A DNA stretch of 64,000 nt, from positions 3,502-67,501 of the forward strand of contig JBNGDE010000001.1 in NCBI GenBank assembly GCA_049974925.1. The letters are read 5' to 3'. Shown one piece after another: positions 39,846-49,298 of the stretch. Source of the DNA: Thermovirgaceae bacterium (GTDB lineage: Bacteria; Synergistota; Synergistia; Synergistales; Thermovirgaceae). Under the pieces are notes generated by a model. That model was not told where the DNA came from and made no database searches. It was given only the letters and a program-made list of their open reading frames with translations. The translations under genes were made by a program, and so were the position numbers. Positions within the stretch are counted from its first letter, which is position 1. Every line of letters begins with the position of its first letter.

Positions 39846-41198
39846 GTGGCGGGACGGCTTTTCGACAAGGTCCCTCCCCATAACCTCGAGGCTGAAAGGG
39901 CGGTACTCGGGGCATGCCTCCTCGATGCGGACGCGCTGACTCTGGCCGTCGACAGCCTTGCAGCAGAAGATTTTTACGATGCCGAACATCAGCAGATGTT
40001 CAAGCTCATGCGCGACATGGCGGCCAAATCGAAGCCCGTTGACCCGCTGACGTTTCTCGAGGAGCTGTCGAAGCAAAAGAACAGGGATTCCTCTTGGGGC
40101 CAGCCCTTTATAGCAGGCCTCGTGGATGCCGTCCCGACAACGGCAAATGTGGAGTATCATATCAGGATAGTCAAGGACAAATCGGTACACCGGCGGCTTA
40201 TCCAGGTCGGTGGGGAGATAGCACGACTCGGCTATGCCGAGGACAAAGAGCTTGAAGAGGTTCTGGACGAATCCGAAAGGGCTGTCTTCGAAATAACCCA
40301 AAGCGGCAGCAGGGCTCCTTTCAGGCGTGTCGGGGACGTCCTCGCGCCGACATTCCAGGCCATCGAGGAGAGATTCCATTCGCCTGCGACGAGTGTCACC
40401 GGCGTCCCGAGCGGATTTAAGGATTTCGAGACCCTGACGGGCGGTTTTCAGCCAGGGAGCCTTAATATCCTGGCAGCGAGACCATCTATGGGGAAAACGG
40501 CCTTTGCTCTCGACATAGCCCTTCATGCTGCCATAGAGCACGAAATTCCGGTCCTTCTTTTCAGTCTTGAAATGAGTGCCGAGCAGTTGGTTCAACGCAT
40601 GCTGGGTTCCCGCGCCAGGGTGAACATCCACGACCTGAGGACGGGTATGTTTCATGAGAACAACTGGACGGATCTTGCCGAGGCGGCGGGAGAACTCGCG
40701 CGGGCTCCGATTTTCATCGACGATAGCTCCGTTTTGTCAACTCTCGACCTCAGAGCCAGGAGCAGGAGGTTCAAATCCCAGTTCGTCAAAGAGGGGCTTG
40801 GCCTCGTTGTCGTTGACTATCTTCAGCTCATGCATTTCATAAGGAGGATCGACAGCAAACAGCAGGAAGTGGCCGAGATTTCACGTTCCCTCAAATCCGT
40901 CGCACGAGAGCTCGATATGCCCGTCATTGCCCTTTCGCAGCTTTCCAGGGCCGTAGAGCAGCGGACTGAAAAGAAGCCGCAGCTTTCTGATCTCAGGGAC
41001 AGCGGTGCCATCGAACAGGACGCCGATCTGGTCATCCTCCTCTATCGCTCGGGGTACTATGAGAATACGGGAGAGGAAACGGACCCGACGGCGGAAATCA
41101 TCGTCGCCAAACACAGAAACGGGCCGACGGGGATGGTCAAACTCATTTTCCAGAAAGAATATGCCCATTTCGTCAACATGGCCTGGGATTCCATCTGA
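39846..41198 (+). CDS. dnaB: Replicative DNA helicase
   Basis: AARPSMGKT, FSLEM, VDYLQLM, LSQLSR, LRDSGAIEQDAD, KHRNGPTG. No intein. Confidence 0.98.
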   Translation: MAGRLFDKVPPHNLEAERAVLGACLLDADALTLAVDSLAAEDFYDAEHQQMFKLMRDMAAKSKPVDPLTFLEELSKQKNRDSSWGQPFIAGLVDAVPTTANVEYHIRIVKDKSVHRRLIQVGGEIARLGYAEDKELEEVLDESERAVFEITQSGSRAPFRRVGDVLAPTFQAIEERFHSPATSVTGVPSGFKDFETLTGGFQPGSLNILAARPSMGKTAFALDIALHAAIEHEIPVLLFSLEMSAEQLVQRMLGSRARVNIHDLRTGMFHENNWTDLAEAAGELARAPIFIDDSSVLSTLDLRARSRRFKSQFVKEGLGLVVVDYLQLMHFIRRIDSKQQEVAEISRSLKSVARELDMPVIALSQLSRAVEQRTEKKPQLSDLRDSGAIEQDADLVILLYRSGYYENTGEETDPTAEIIVAKHRNGPTGMVKLIFQKEYAHFVNMAWDSI

Positions 41199-41234
41199 CG
41201 GCGAAAGTCACTTGCGCCCGGGAAGGTATAAAAG

Positions 41235-43076
41235 ATGGATTCAAAACGGCAGTGTTCATGGTTTGACGGCAATGTCCCGAAGTCTTTGGATTCCCTTTCA
41301 GACGGGAAGGAGTTTGTTCCTTTCGGGCTTTATTTTGGCGTGCTTTTTATTGCCCTCACCCTTCCCAACATCGCCTTTTCGGGACTGGGTTGGTTTCAGA
41401 CGCTTCACCTTCTTAAGTGGTTTTTTGCTTTTGTTCCTGTCGGGGTTCTCGCTGTATTTGCAGGCTGCCAGCTGGCAAAATTCGGTGCAAAACGGACGGG
41501 ATTCGCCCTGGATTCCTTTGGTGCCGTATGGCTTTCGCTTCTTCTATTTCTCACCCTTCAACCCTTGTGGGCACCATTGACCTCTGTTCCTACTTTTGTT
41601 CGGGAATGGTTATTTTTTGCTTCACTGTGGGTGGTATATGTCCTCGTCCGTTACAAGGGCACCGGAAAACTGCTCGAAATGCTTATCATCGGGGCTGCAC
41701 TGAACGCCTTTGCGAACACACTGTTTGCTGAGTTGCAGATACGTGATCTGAACGGTCTTTTTCCCTTTATTCTTCCGACTCCGGGGAAATATATCGGCAA
41801 CACCGGGCAACAGAACATGTTCGCCCTGTGGGTCTCAATGGGATTGTTGGGGACGGTTTTTGTCATGCTACAGAGGGGTTTGCCCGTCAAAAGGGGACAG
41901 ACCGACATGGTGGCCGTCCTCAACAGCATTCTTCTTGCCGGGTTGAGCTGGGGTCTTTGGAACTCGACGAGTCGTTCGGGTTTCCTTTCCTTTGTCACGG
42001 GCTGGGTGATTCTGGCGCTTGTATATGGGCGCCAGGGTTTCGGGCTCGACAGGAGGATCTTTTGGAAAAGGAACGTAGCGGTATTTTTGGTTTTGCTGGC
42101 GACCTTTTTCGCTTCTTACGCTTTTGGAAGAGGGAACATTTTTCTCGCAAAATACGGCCAGATGCTGAGTGAACCGGAAGCCGTCGGAAATCGGGATAGC
42201 ATCTGGGCGACAAGTTACACTATGTTCCGCATGCACCCTTTGAGCGGCGTCGGGCTGGGGCATTACAAGTGGAATTACCTTGAAGCCCAAAAGGAAATGC
42301 TCCGGAGGTGGCCGGGTAAGGAATGGAAATTCACGCTCTGGGCCCATAACGAGGTGCTCCAGTGGTTCTGTGAGACGGGCGTCGTGGGCGGGATGATTTT
42401 CATCCTTTTTGGTATCTGGTGGCTCCGCTCTTTTTGGGGTGTGCTTTCGGGACGGATACGAGTCGATCCGGAAACGGCCTGGGCCTGCGGCATGCTCTTT
42501 TTGTTGTGGTTCAACGCCATGTGGACCAGGCCCTTTCACCGGATCGAAAATGCGTTGTGGATGGCTTTTGCCTTTGCCCTCGCCAACAGGAAAATGCTGT
42601 CAACGGGTTCCGAATGGACGGAGCTCAGGCGCGAATGGATTGCACGGCTGTTCGGGGTATCTATGGCAACGGTTGCGCTGGCGGGTCTCGTCTTTTTCGC
42701 CAGCGGCATGTACGGCGACCGGCAGCTGAGATACGCCGTCGAAACAACTGAAGCGACGTCACAACTCGAACATCTTGAGAGGGCCCGAAGGCACCTCATG
42801 GTAAGCGACCTTGCCGAACGGCAGATCGCTTACCATTTCATAGCCAGAGCAAGGGCCACGGGTAGTGCGGAATACCTTGTGGAAGGGATCAACAGGCTTC
42901 ATGCGTACTTTCGGACCGAGCCCCAGTCAAGGGAACTGCACCATCTCCTTGGGTGGTACCGAAGACTGGAGGAGAAGGAGCTTTACAAGAGCGTCGCCGA
43001 ATACCTCCACCCGAGGACGAGTTCGGATTCCGTGATCTTTCCGCCGTCGGGCGAGTTCGGTCTTGAAAGCCCTTGA
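41235..43076 (+). CDS. O-antigen ligase family / PglL-like membrane protein
   Basis: Many TM helices, GNTGQQN, SRSG, HPLSGVGLGHY, AHNEVLQWFCETGVVG. Confidence 0.8.
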   Translation: MDSKRQCSWFDGNVPKSLDSLSDGKEFVPFGLYFGVLFIALTLPNIAFSGLGWFQTLHLLKWFFAFVPVGVLAVFAGCQLAKFGAKRTGFALDSFGAVWLSLLLFLTLQPLWAPLTSVPTFVREWLFFASLWVVYVLVRYKGTGKLLEMLIIGAALNAFANTLFAELQIRDLNGLFPFILPTPGKYIGNTGQQNMFALWVSMGLLGTVFVMLQRGLPVKRGQTDMVAVLNSILLAGLSWGLWNSTSRSGFLSFVTGWVILALVYGRQGFGLDRRIFWKRNVAVFLVLLATFFASYAFGRGNIFLAKYGQMLSEPEAVGNRDSIWATSYTMFRMHPLSGVGLGHYKWNYLEAQKEMLRRWPGKEWKFTLWAHNEVLQWFCETGVVGGMIFILFGIWWLRSFWGVLSGRIRVDPETAWACGMLFLLWFNAMWTRPFHRIENALWMAFAFALANRKMLSTGSEWTELRREWIARLFGVSMATVALAGLVFFASGMYGDRQLRYAVETTEATSQLEHLERARRHLMVSDLAERQIAYHFIARARATGSAEYLVEGINRLHAYFRTEPQSRELHHLLGWYRRLEEKELYKSVAEYLHPRTSSDSVIFPPSGEFGLESP

Positions 43077-43084
43077 TTCCGCCT

Positions 43085-45196
43085 TCAGGAAATGTTCAGC
43101 AGCTCCTGGTATCTCGGAAAAGGCCAGAACTCAGAGGAAATGACCGTCTCAGCCTCCTGGCAGAGATGGCGCAGTTTTTCCATGGTTGGCAGCGACCTGG
43201 CGGTGAGGTTATCGGATTGTTCTGTAAGCGACAGGTCCTGGGGGCTGTCTCTCATGGAAGAGAGATGTTCCACCGCGACGAGAATATCCGTCTTCAGTCG
43301 TACAAGGTCACGTATATGTTCCTTCCACTGCGAGGTATCGGTTCCGATGTCTTCCGGCACGGAGGAAAAGGCTTCGCTCTCGAGCCGTATTTGTTTCGAC
43401 AAGGCGGGCAGAACGCCCTCGCGGACCATGGATTCCATGACGGTCATGTCGATTTCGAGGGTTTTGATATACTGCTCGAGTCGGGTTTCGTAATAAGCGG
43501 TAATTTCCCTGTCTGTGAATATCCCGAGATGATCGAGGAGCTCCCGGTACTCCGGCACCAGGTAGAGGCCAAGAGCCTCGAAGGTTGTTTCCGCGACGGG
43601 GAGTCCTCTTTTGATCGCTTCTTTTTTCCATTCTTCCGAATAGCAGTTGCCCTCGTAACGGATGTTGGTGCTTTCGTTGACGGCTGTCTTGATTGCGTCG
43701 AGAGCGGCGTCGGCGACATCGGTTTCCGCAAGACGTGCTTCTATTCGTTCCGCCATCCGATCCATTCCCCAGGTCCACAAGGCGAGGATCATTGTAAGGG
43801 GGCCCGCCGTCGACTGGGACGCCCCCGGGCCGCGAAACTCGAACTTGTTTCCCGTGTAGGCGATAGGTGCCGTCCGGTTCCGGTCGGTATATTCGGGCTG
43901 TATTGAAGGAAGCCGATTCAGACCCAGATCGAGCATCCCCTTGGATGGAAGCTCCTCGGGCAGGCCTTCTCCGATCCGCTCCAGGATCTGGGTCAGCATG
44001 TTTCCGAGATGGACACTCATAATCGGTGGGGGAGCCTCGTTGCCCCCGAGTCGATGCATGTTGCCCGGCGTAGCGATGGATGCCCTCAAAAGGCCTCCGA
44101 AACGGGAAACACCGAGAAGCAGGGAGCATAAAAGCGTCAGAAATTGCAGGTTCTTCCTCTGGCTTGAGGATGGTTTGAGAAGATTCCTGCCCTCGCTGTC
44201 CTTGAGTGAGAAATTCAGGTGTTTGCCGCTTCCGTTGATGAAAGAGAAGGGTTTTTCGTGAAGCAAAAGCCGGAATCCATGGCGGCTTGCGACGCGGCGC
44301 ATTTGCTCCATGAGGATCTGGTTCTGGTCGACGGAAAGATTGGCTTCGGCAAACTGGGGCGCGAATTCAAACTGGCAAGGCGCCACTTCATTGTGCCGTG
44401 TCTTGAGCACCATGCCGAGGCTGAGCATTCTTTCGCTCAGGTCTTCCATGAAGGCAAGCACCCTGGGGTGGATGGATCCGAAATAATGGTCTTCCATCTG
44501 CTGTCCCTTTGGGGGGGGAGATCCCATGAGCGTTCGTCCGCAATAGAGAAGGTCGGCGCGCTTTTCCGCCTTGTCGGCGTCGACGAGGAAAAATTCCTGT
44601 TCTGCCCCCATGGTGACCTGGGTCCAGCGGACATTTCTGTTTCCGAAGAGCTTGAGGATCCTGAGGGTTCGTTCCTCGACGGCTGCCAGGGCCCGGAGAA
44701 GGGGCGTCTTCATGTCGAGGGGCGTGCCGTCGTTGCTGATGAATACAGAGGGAATGCACAGGGTGCCGCCTTTCTCACTCGGGATGACGAAGGCGGGGCT
44801 TGTCGGGTCCCAGGCAGTGTATCCCCGCGCCTCGAAAGTGGACCGCATGCCGCCGGAAGGCAGTGATGATGCGTCAGGTTCGCTCTGGATGAGCTCTTCT
44901 CCGTTGAATGATTCAATGGGCGTCCCGTTTGCGTCTACGGTCAGAAAGGCCATGTGTTTTTCGGCGGTGAGTTCTGTACGGGGATGGAACCAGTGGGTGT
45001 AGTGGGTCGCCCCCCTGGAGATGGCCCACTCCTTCATTGCCGAGGCAACAATGTCGGCCGTGGCGAAATCGAGCTTTTCTCCTCCGGACATGCTGTTTTT
45101 CAGTTTCTCGAAAGTCTGCTTCGGGAGCCCCTCCCGCATCGCCTTTTCTCCGAACACGTTGACCCCGAAGATTTTGGTCGGCCTCGCTTCATTCAT
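43085..45196 (-). CDS. glnA: Glutamine synthetase type III
   Basis: ATHYTHWFHP, EPDASSLPSGGMRSTFEARGY, GAEQEFF, HNEVAP, NGSGKH, RLGGNEAPP, DRNRT, NKFEFR. RBS GGGAGG upstream. Confidence 0.96.
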   Translation of the reverse strand: MNEARPTKIFGVNVFGEKAMREGLPKQTFEKLKNSMSGGEKLDFATADIVASAMKEWAISRGATHYTHWFHPRTELTAEKHMAFLTVDANGTPIESFNGEELIQSEPDASSLPSGGMRSTFEARGYTAWDPTSPAFVIPSEKGGTLCIPSVFISNDGTPLDMKTPLLRALAAVEERTLRILKLFGNRNVRWTQVTMGAEQEFFLVDADKAEKRADLLYCGRTLMGSPPPKGQQMEDHYFGSIHPRVLAFMEDLSERMLSLGMVLKTRHNEVAPCQFEFAPQFAEANLSVDQNQILMEQMRRVASRHGFRLLLHEKPFSFINGSGKHLNFSLKDSEGRNLLKPSSSQRKNLQFLTLLCSLLLGVSRFGGLLRASIATPGNMHRLGGNEAPPPIMSVHLGNMLTQILERIGEGLPEELPSKGMLDLGLNRLPSIQPEYTDRNRTAPIAYTGNKFEFRGPGASQSTAGPLTMILALWTWGMDRMAERIEARLAETDVADAALDAIKTAVNESTNIRYEGNCYSEEWKKEAIKRGLPVAETTFEALGLYLVPEYRELLDHLGIFTDREITAYYETRLEQYIKTLEIDMTVMESMVREGVLPALSKQIRLESEAFSSVPEDIGTDTSQWKEHIRDLVRLKTDILVAVEHLSSMRDSPQDLSLTEQSDNLTARSLPTMEKLRHLCQEAETVISSEFWPFPRYQELLNIS

Positions 45197-45379
45197 GGGG
45201 ACGCCCTCCCTTACAGATATAATTGGTGTATATATCACAAGAATGTTACCTATGCAAGTCAAAACGCATTATAAATGGCAAAAATGACGGTTGGGATGTA
45301 AATAAAAAAGGGAACCGACCTGTATACGCACCCGTTTTGCATATCCGGGGACATGTGCCTTTTTCTAAAAGGTAGCGCT

Positions 45380-46027
45380 TCAGGGGTTTTTCAGTGCCTT
45401 TCTGGAAAGGTCGACATGGGTCCGTATGAGCTGCTCGGCGAGACCGGCGTCTTTTTGGCGGAGAGCCTCGAGCAACTGCCGGTGTTCTTCGAGGCTGGGG
45501 TTTGAATCGAAGTCGAAGAAGGATTCGAAGAGGACCATGTAGACGTAAATACGGGAAAGAACGTTTCCGACGAATTCCGCGAGCATTCCGTTCCCGCTGG
45601 CTTCGGCGATGATGCGATGGAACGCGATATTGACCTGCAGATAATCATCGAGCTTTCTTTCGGCGAAAGCCTTTTCCTCTTCGTGGATGTTCTCCTCGAG
45701 CATATAGAGTTCAGGAGGCCGGATCCTTTGAGCCGCCTTCCTGATGGCCAGGCGTTCGAGGTATTCCCGGAGCTCGTAGGCATTCTGGACTTCTTCCGTT
45801 GTGGGAAACACCAGGCGGGCGCCCAGGTTGGGAACGAAATCGACGAGTCCCTCGTTGGCGAGCCTTCTCAATGCTTCCCGCACGGGCGTCCGGCTGACCT
45901 CTAGTTCCCGCGCAATCGATGCTTCGGGAAGACGCTGACCGGCCTGAAGCTGCTTTCTGAAAATTCTTTTTCTCAGTTCGCGATACACGTATTCCGAGGC
46001 TGTAAAAAAGTCATTGGGTGTCCTCAT
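45380..46027 (-). CDS. GntR family regulator (FCD domain)
   Basis: wHTH motif GQRLPEASIARELEVSRTPVREAL, FCD motifs NIAFHRIIAEASGN and EEH. Confidence 0.93.
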   Translation of the reverse strand: MRTPNDFFTASEYVYRELRKRIFRKQLQAGQRLPEASIARELEVSRTPVREALRRLANEGLVDFVPNLGARLVFPTTEEVQNAYELREYLERLAIRKAAQRIRPPELYMLEENIHEEEKAFAERKLDDYLQVNIAFHRIIAEASGNGMLAEFVGNVLSRIYVYMVLFESFFDFDSNPSLEEHRQLLEALRQKDAGLAEQLIRTHVDLSRKALKNP

Positions 46028-46177
46028 AAGCCTACCTCCCGGTATATGTCCCTTTCCGGCGTTACTTCCTATTCTTCAGCTGAGCACAGATTGTACCAGA
46101 TCGCAGGAAACGGTGATCCTCTTGATGTCCCGACGATTGCCTGGAGCGTCTTGAGGTGGCATTTCCAGTCCAGTGGG

Positions 46178-46206
46178 TTGACCTTTTCGGGCGGATCATG
46201 TACAAA
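46178..46206 (+). promoter_or_regulatory. Putative promoter of the SDR-gcvP-like operon
   Basis: TTGACC-17 nt-TACAAA. The -10 box is imperfect. Confidence 0.5.
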
Positions 46207-46211
46207 AGCAT

Positions 46212-46235
46212 GTATACGCAGTATACCATGTATAC
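46212..46235. promoter_or_regulatory. Putative GntR operator: three GTATAC palindromes at 9-bp spacing
   Basis: GTATAC-GCA-GTATAC-CAT-GTATAC at 46212, 46221 and 46230, over the predicted start site. Confidence 0.65.
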
Positions 46236-46284
46236 CCATTGAAAAAGGGTTTCGCAAGTTTTTTAAAAAAAAGGAGCGTTTCCG

Positions 46285-47031
46285 ATGTATGAAGATCTGA
46301 AAGGACAGAGAGTTCTCGTCACCGGCGGTGCGAGTGGAATCGGAGAAGCGACGGCTTTACGGTTTCTCGAAGAAGGTTGCCGGGTTGCCGTTTTTGACAG
46401 GGACACAAAGGCCCTTGGACGACTGATGGCGGAACACGCTGAAATCGAACTTGCCCTTGAGGGTGACGTCAGTTCCCCCGAAGATGTGGAAAAGGCTTTC
46501 GCCAGGATAGACAGCGGATTCGGAGGTCTCGACGTTCTCGTCTCAAACGCGGGAATCAGTGTCAGGAATCCCTTCACGAAGGTTACCTATGAACAGTGGG
46601 CAAGGGTTCTGGGAATCAACCTTGGAGGGATGTTCCTTTTCGTTCGAGGGGCCGCAAAGCGCATGCAGCCCCAAAACGGCGGGGTCATACTGATGACGGC
46701 ATCCACAAATGGTATGGAGGGACATCCTTTCTATGCCGATTACAACGCTTCAAAGGCGGGAGTGATTCTTCTCACCAAGACTTTAGCGCTGGAGCTCGCC
46801 CCGGATATCAGGGTTAACTGCGTGAGCCCGGGGTATGTTTTGACGCCGATGCAGCAAGCGGAGTATACGGAAGAGATGCTCGAAAAGGTCAACGGGAAGC
46901 TCCCCCTCAAGCGGCATGCAAAACCCTCTGAGGTGGCGGCCCTGTTTGCCTTTCTCGCCTCCTCCCAGGCGTCATATATCACTGGGGCAAACATACCCAT
47001 CGATGGCGGAGAGACAGCGGGACTTGTCTGA
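46285..47031 (+). CDS. Short-chain dehydrogenase/reductase 1
   Basis: TGGASGIG, NAG, YNASK, VNCVSPG. Asp after beta2 suggests NAD(H). Confidence 0.92.
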   Translation: MYEDLKGQRVLVTGGASGIGEATALRFLEEGCRVAVFDRDTKALGRLMAEHAEIELALEGDVSSPEDVEKAFARIDSGFGGLDVLVSNAGISVRNPFTKVTYEQWARVLGINLGGMFLFVRGAAKRMQPQNGGVILMTASTNGMEGHPFYADYNASKAGVILLTKTLALELAPDIRVNCVSPGYVLTPMQQAEYTEEMLEKVNGKLPLKRHAKPSEVAALFAFLASSQASYITGANIPIDGGETAGLV

Positions 47032-47062
47032 GAACATGACTCTGAAGAAGGAGGAAAACCAG

Positions 47063-47830
47063 ATGAAACATGAAGAATTGTTCAGCCTGAACGGCAAGGT
47101 CACCGTGGTGACCGGTGCGGCTTCAGGCATCGGCAAAGCCTGTGCCGGGTTTCTTTCAGACATGGGTGCCGACGTGGTGCTCCTCGATGTCTCAAAGGAA
47201 AAGGGCGAGGCCGCTGCGGGAGAAATCCGCTCCGGCGCATGCTTTATGGAATGCGACATTACCGACGAAGAGCAGTGCAAGGCCGTGGCGGAGAAAGTGA
47301 AGGAACGTTTCGGCAGGGTAGATGTTCTGGTCAACTGCGCCGGCGTCATCAGGAGGAAGAGCCTCGTGAACCTGACGGAAGAGGACTGGGATATCGTTAT
47401 TGATGTGGGACTCAAGGGGACTTTCCTGGTATCCAAGCACCTGATTCCACTGATGGCTTCAGGAGGTGGCGGGAGCATTATCAACATCGGGTCCGGCTGG
47501 GGCATTAAAGGTGGGCCGAAGGCCGCCGCGTATTGTGCAGCCAAAGGAGGCATCATCAACCTGACGAGAGCCATGGCCATCGATCACGGTCCTCAAAATA
47601 TCAGGGTCAACTGCGTTTCCCCCGGAGATACAGACACGCCTCTTTTGAGGGATGAAGCCCGGCAGCTCGGGATCGACGAAGACAAATGGCTGGCCGAAAG
47701 CGCCGACCGTCCGCTGGCAAGGCTTGGGGAACCCAGGGACATCGCCATGGCCGTGTATTTCCTGGCGAGCGATCTTTCGAGTTGGGTTTCTGGGGCCAAT
47801 CTCGTGGTGGACGGCGGCGGAACGGCCTGA
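47063..47830 (+). CDS. Short-chain dehydrogenase/reductase 2
   Basis: TGAASGIG, NCAG, YCAAK, IRVNCVSPG, VDGG. RBS GGAGG upstream. Confidence 0.92.
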   Translation: MKHEELFSLNGKVTVVTGAASGIGKACAGFLSDMGADVVLLDVSKEKGEAAAGEIRSGACFMECDITDEEQCKAVAEKVKERFGRVDVLVNCAGVIRRKSLVNLTEEDWDIVIDVGLKGTFLVSKHLIPLMASGGGGSIINIGSGWGIKGGPKAAAYCAAKGGIINLTRAMAIDHGPQNIRVNCVSPGDTDTPLLRDEARQLGIDEDKWLAESADRPLARLGEPRDIAMAVYFLASDLSSWVSGANLVVDGGGTA

Positions 47831-47873
47831 CCTCTCAGAGCACCTGGAAGAACGCACAAGAGGAGGAATAGTC

Positions 47874-49265
47874 ATGAACAAGTCGAAAATGGTCCATCCC
47901 TATATCCCGAATTCAGATTCGCGCATTCAGGAGGAGATGCTGAAGGCCATTGGGGTTACAAGTATCGATGAATTCTACAAGTGCATCCCGGAGGAGCTTC
48001 GTGTAAAAGGAATGCTGAATCTTCCCGAAGCGCTTCCGGCGGAGTGGGATCTGAAACGACACCTGGAAGACATGATGCAGGAAAACGTTTCCTGTCGCGA
48101 TTTCCTGAGTTTTCTCGGGGGCGGTTGCTGGCAGCACCATGTGCCCGCCGTATGCGACGAGATCAACCGGAGATCGGAATTTCTGACAGCCTATGCCGGT
48201 GAACCCTATGAAGACCACGGAAGGTTCCAGGCCCTTTTCGAATATGCCAGCATGATGGCTGAACTTGTTGATATGGATGTGGTCAACGTTCCAACCTATG
48301 ACGGATCCCAGGCGGCGGCCACATCGCTTCGCATGGCTTCGAGAATCACGGGCCGAAACCGGGTGGTCGTAGCGGCAAATTCCCATCCCGACAGGATCAG
48401 GGTGATCGAAAACTATTGCTATCCTGACATTTCTGTCGATCTCGTGGGTTTCGAAAGAACCACGGGGACCTTGGATGTCCGGGAAATAGAGGCATTCCTC
48501 GGCGAGAACACGGCGGCGGTCTACCTTGAGAACCCCTCCTATTTCGGTACCGTTGAGACCCGGGGAGGGGAAATTGCCGAAAAGGTCCACGAGACCGGAG
48601 GTTTGCTCGTTGTCGGGTGCGACCCGTCATCACTGGGTGTCCTTGCACCGCCGGCAAGTTACGGTGCCGACATCGTTTGCGGCGATCTGCAGCCATTGGG
48701 ACTGCACATGTATTATGGAGGGGCCCGGGCCGGATTTATCGCCACCAGGGATGAGGAAAAATTTGTCTTTGAATATCCTTCCAGGCTTTTCGGCATCGCC
48801 CCGACGACCCACAAGGAATGGGGGTTCGGCGATGTTGCGTGGGAAAGATTGTCCTTCCATGACCGGGAAAAGGCAAAGGAGTTCGTTGGTACCGCAGCGG
48901 CCCTCTGGGCAATCACCGCCGGCGTGTATCTTGCGCTCATGGGGCCGAAGGGCATGCGGGAACTCGGTGAGGGCATACTCAAACGGAATGCCTACGCGAG
49001 AAAACGGCTTTCGTCTATCCCGGGATTGAGAACCCTTTTTCCCGAAGGAGCTTTCTTCAAGGATTTTGTCCTCAATTTCGACGGGACGAAAAAATCAGTG
49101 AAGGAAATCAACGATAGCCTCAGGGTCGAAGAAATCTTCGGCTGCGTGGACCTTTCCACAGTGTACCCGGCTCTCGGAGAAAGCGGGCTTTTCGCGGTGA
49201 CGGAAATTCACAGCGCCTCTGACATAGACAGGCTGGCGAGTGCGCTACAAAGGGCTGTCGCGTAA
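47874..49265 (+). CDS. Glycine decarboxylase subunit 1-like protein (divergent GcvPA paralog)
   Basis: HPYIPNS, SFLGGG, RSEFLTAY, QALFEY, YDGS, ENPSYFG, LAPPASYGADI. The canonical TPYQPE and SNICT motifs are replaced. Confidence 0.85.
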   Translation: MNKSKMVHPYIPNSDSRIQEEMLKAIGVTSIDEFYKCIPEELRVKGMLNLPEALPAEWDLKRHLEDMMQENVSCRDFLSFLGGGCWQHHVPAVCDEINRRSEFLTAYAGEPYEDHGRFQALFEYASMMAELVDMDVVNVPTYDGSQAAATSLRMASRITGRNRVVVAANSHPDRIRVIENYCYPDISVDLVGFERTTGTLDVREIEAFLGENTAAVYLENPSYFGTVETRGGEIAEKVHETGGLLVVGCDPSSLGVLAPPASYGADIVCGDLQPLGLHMYYGGARAGFIATRDEEKFVFEYPSRLFGIAPTTHKEWGFGDVAWERLSFHDREKAKEFVGTAAALWAITAGVYLALMGPKGMRELGEGILKRNAYARKRLSSIPGLRTLFPEGAFFKDFVLNFDGTKKSVKEINDSLRVEEIFGCVDLSTVYPALGESGLFAVTEIHSASDIDRLASALQRAVA

Positions 49266-49298
49266 GAAACGCGATTCTTGACAAGGGAGTTGAATGGC

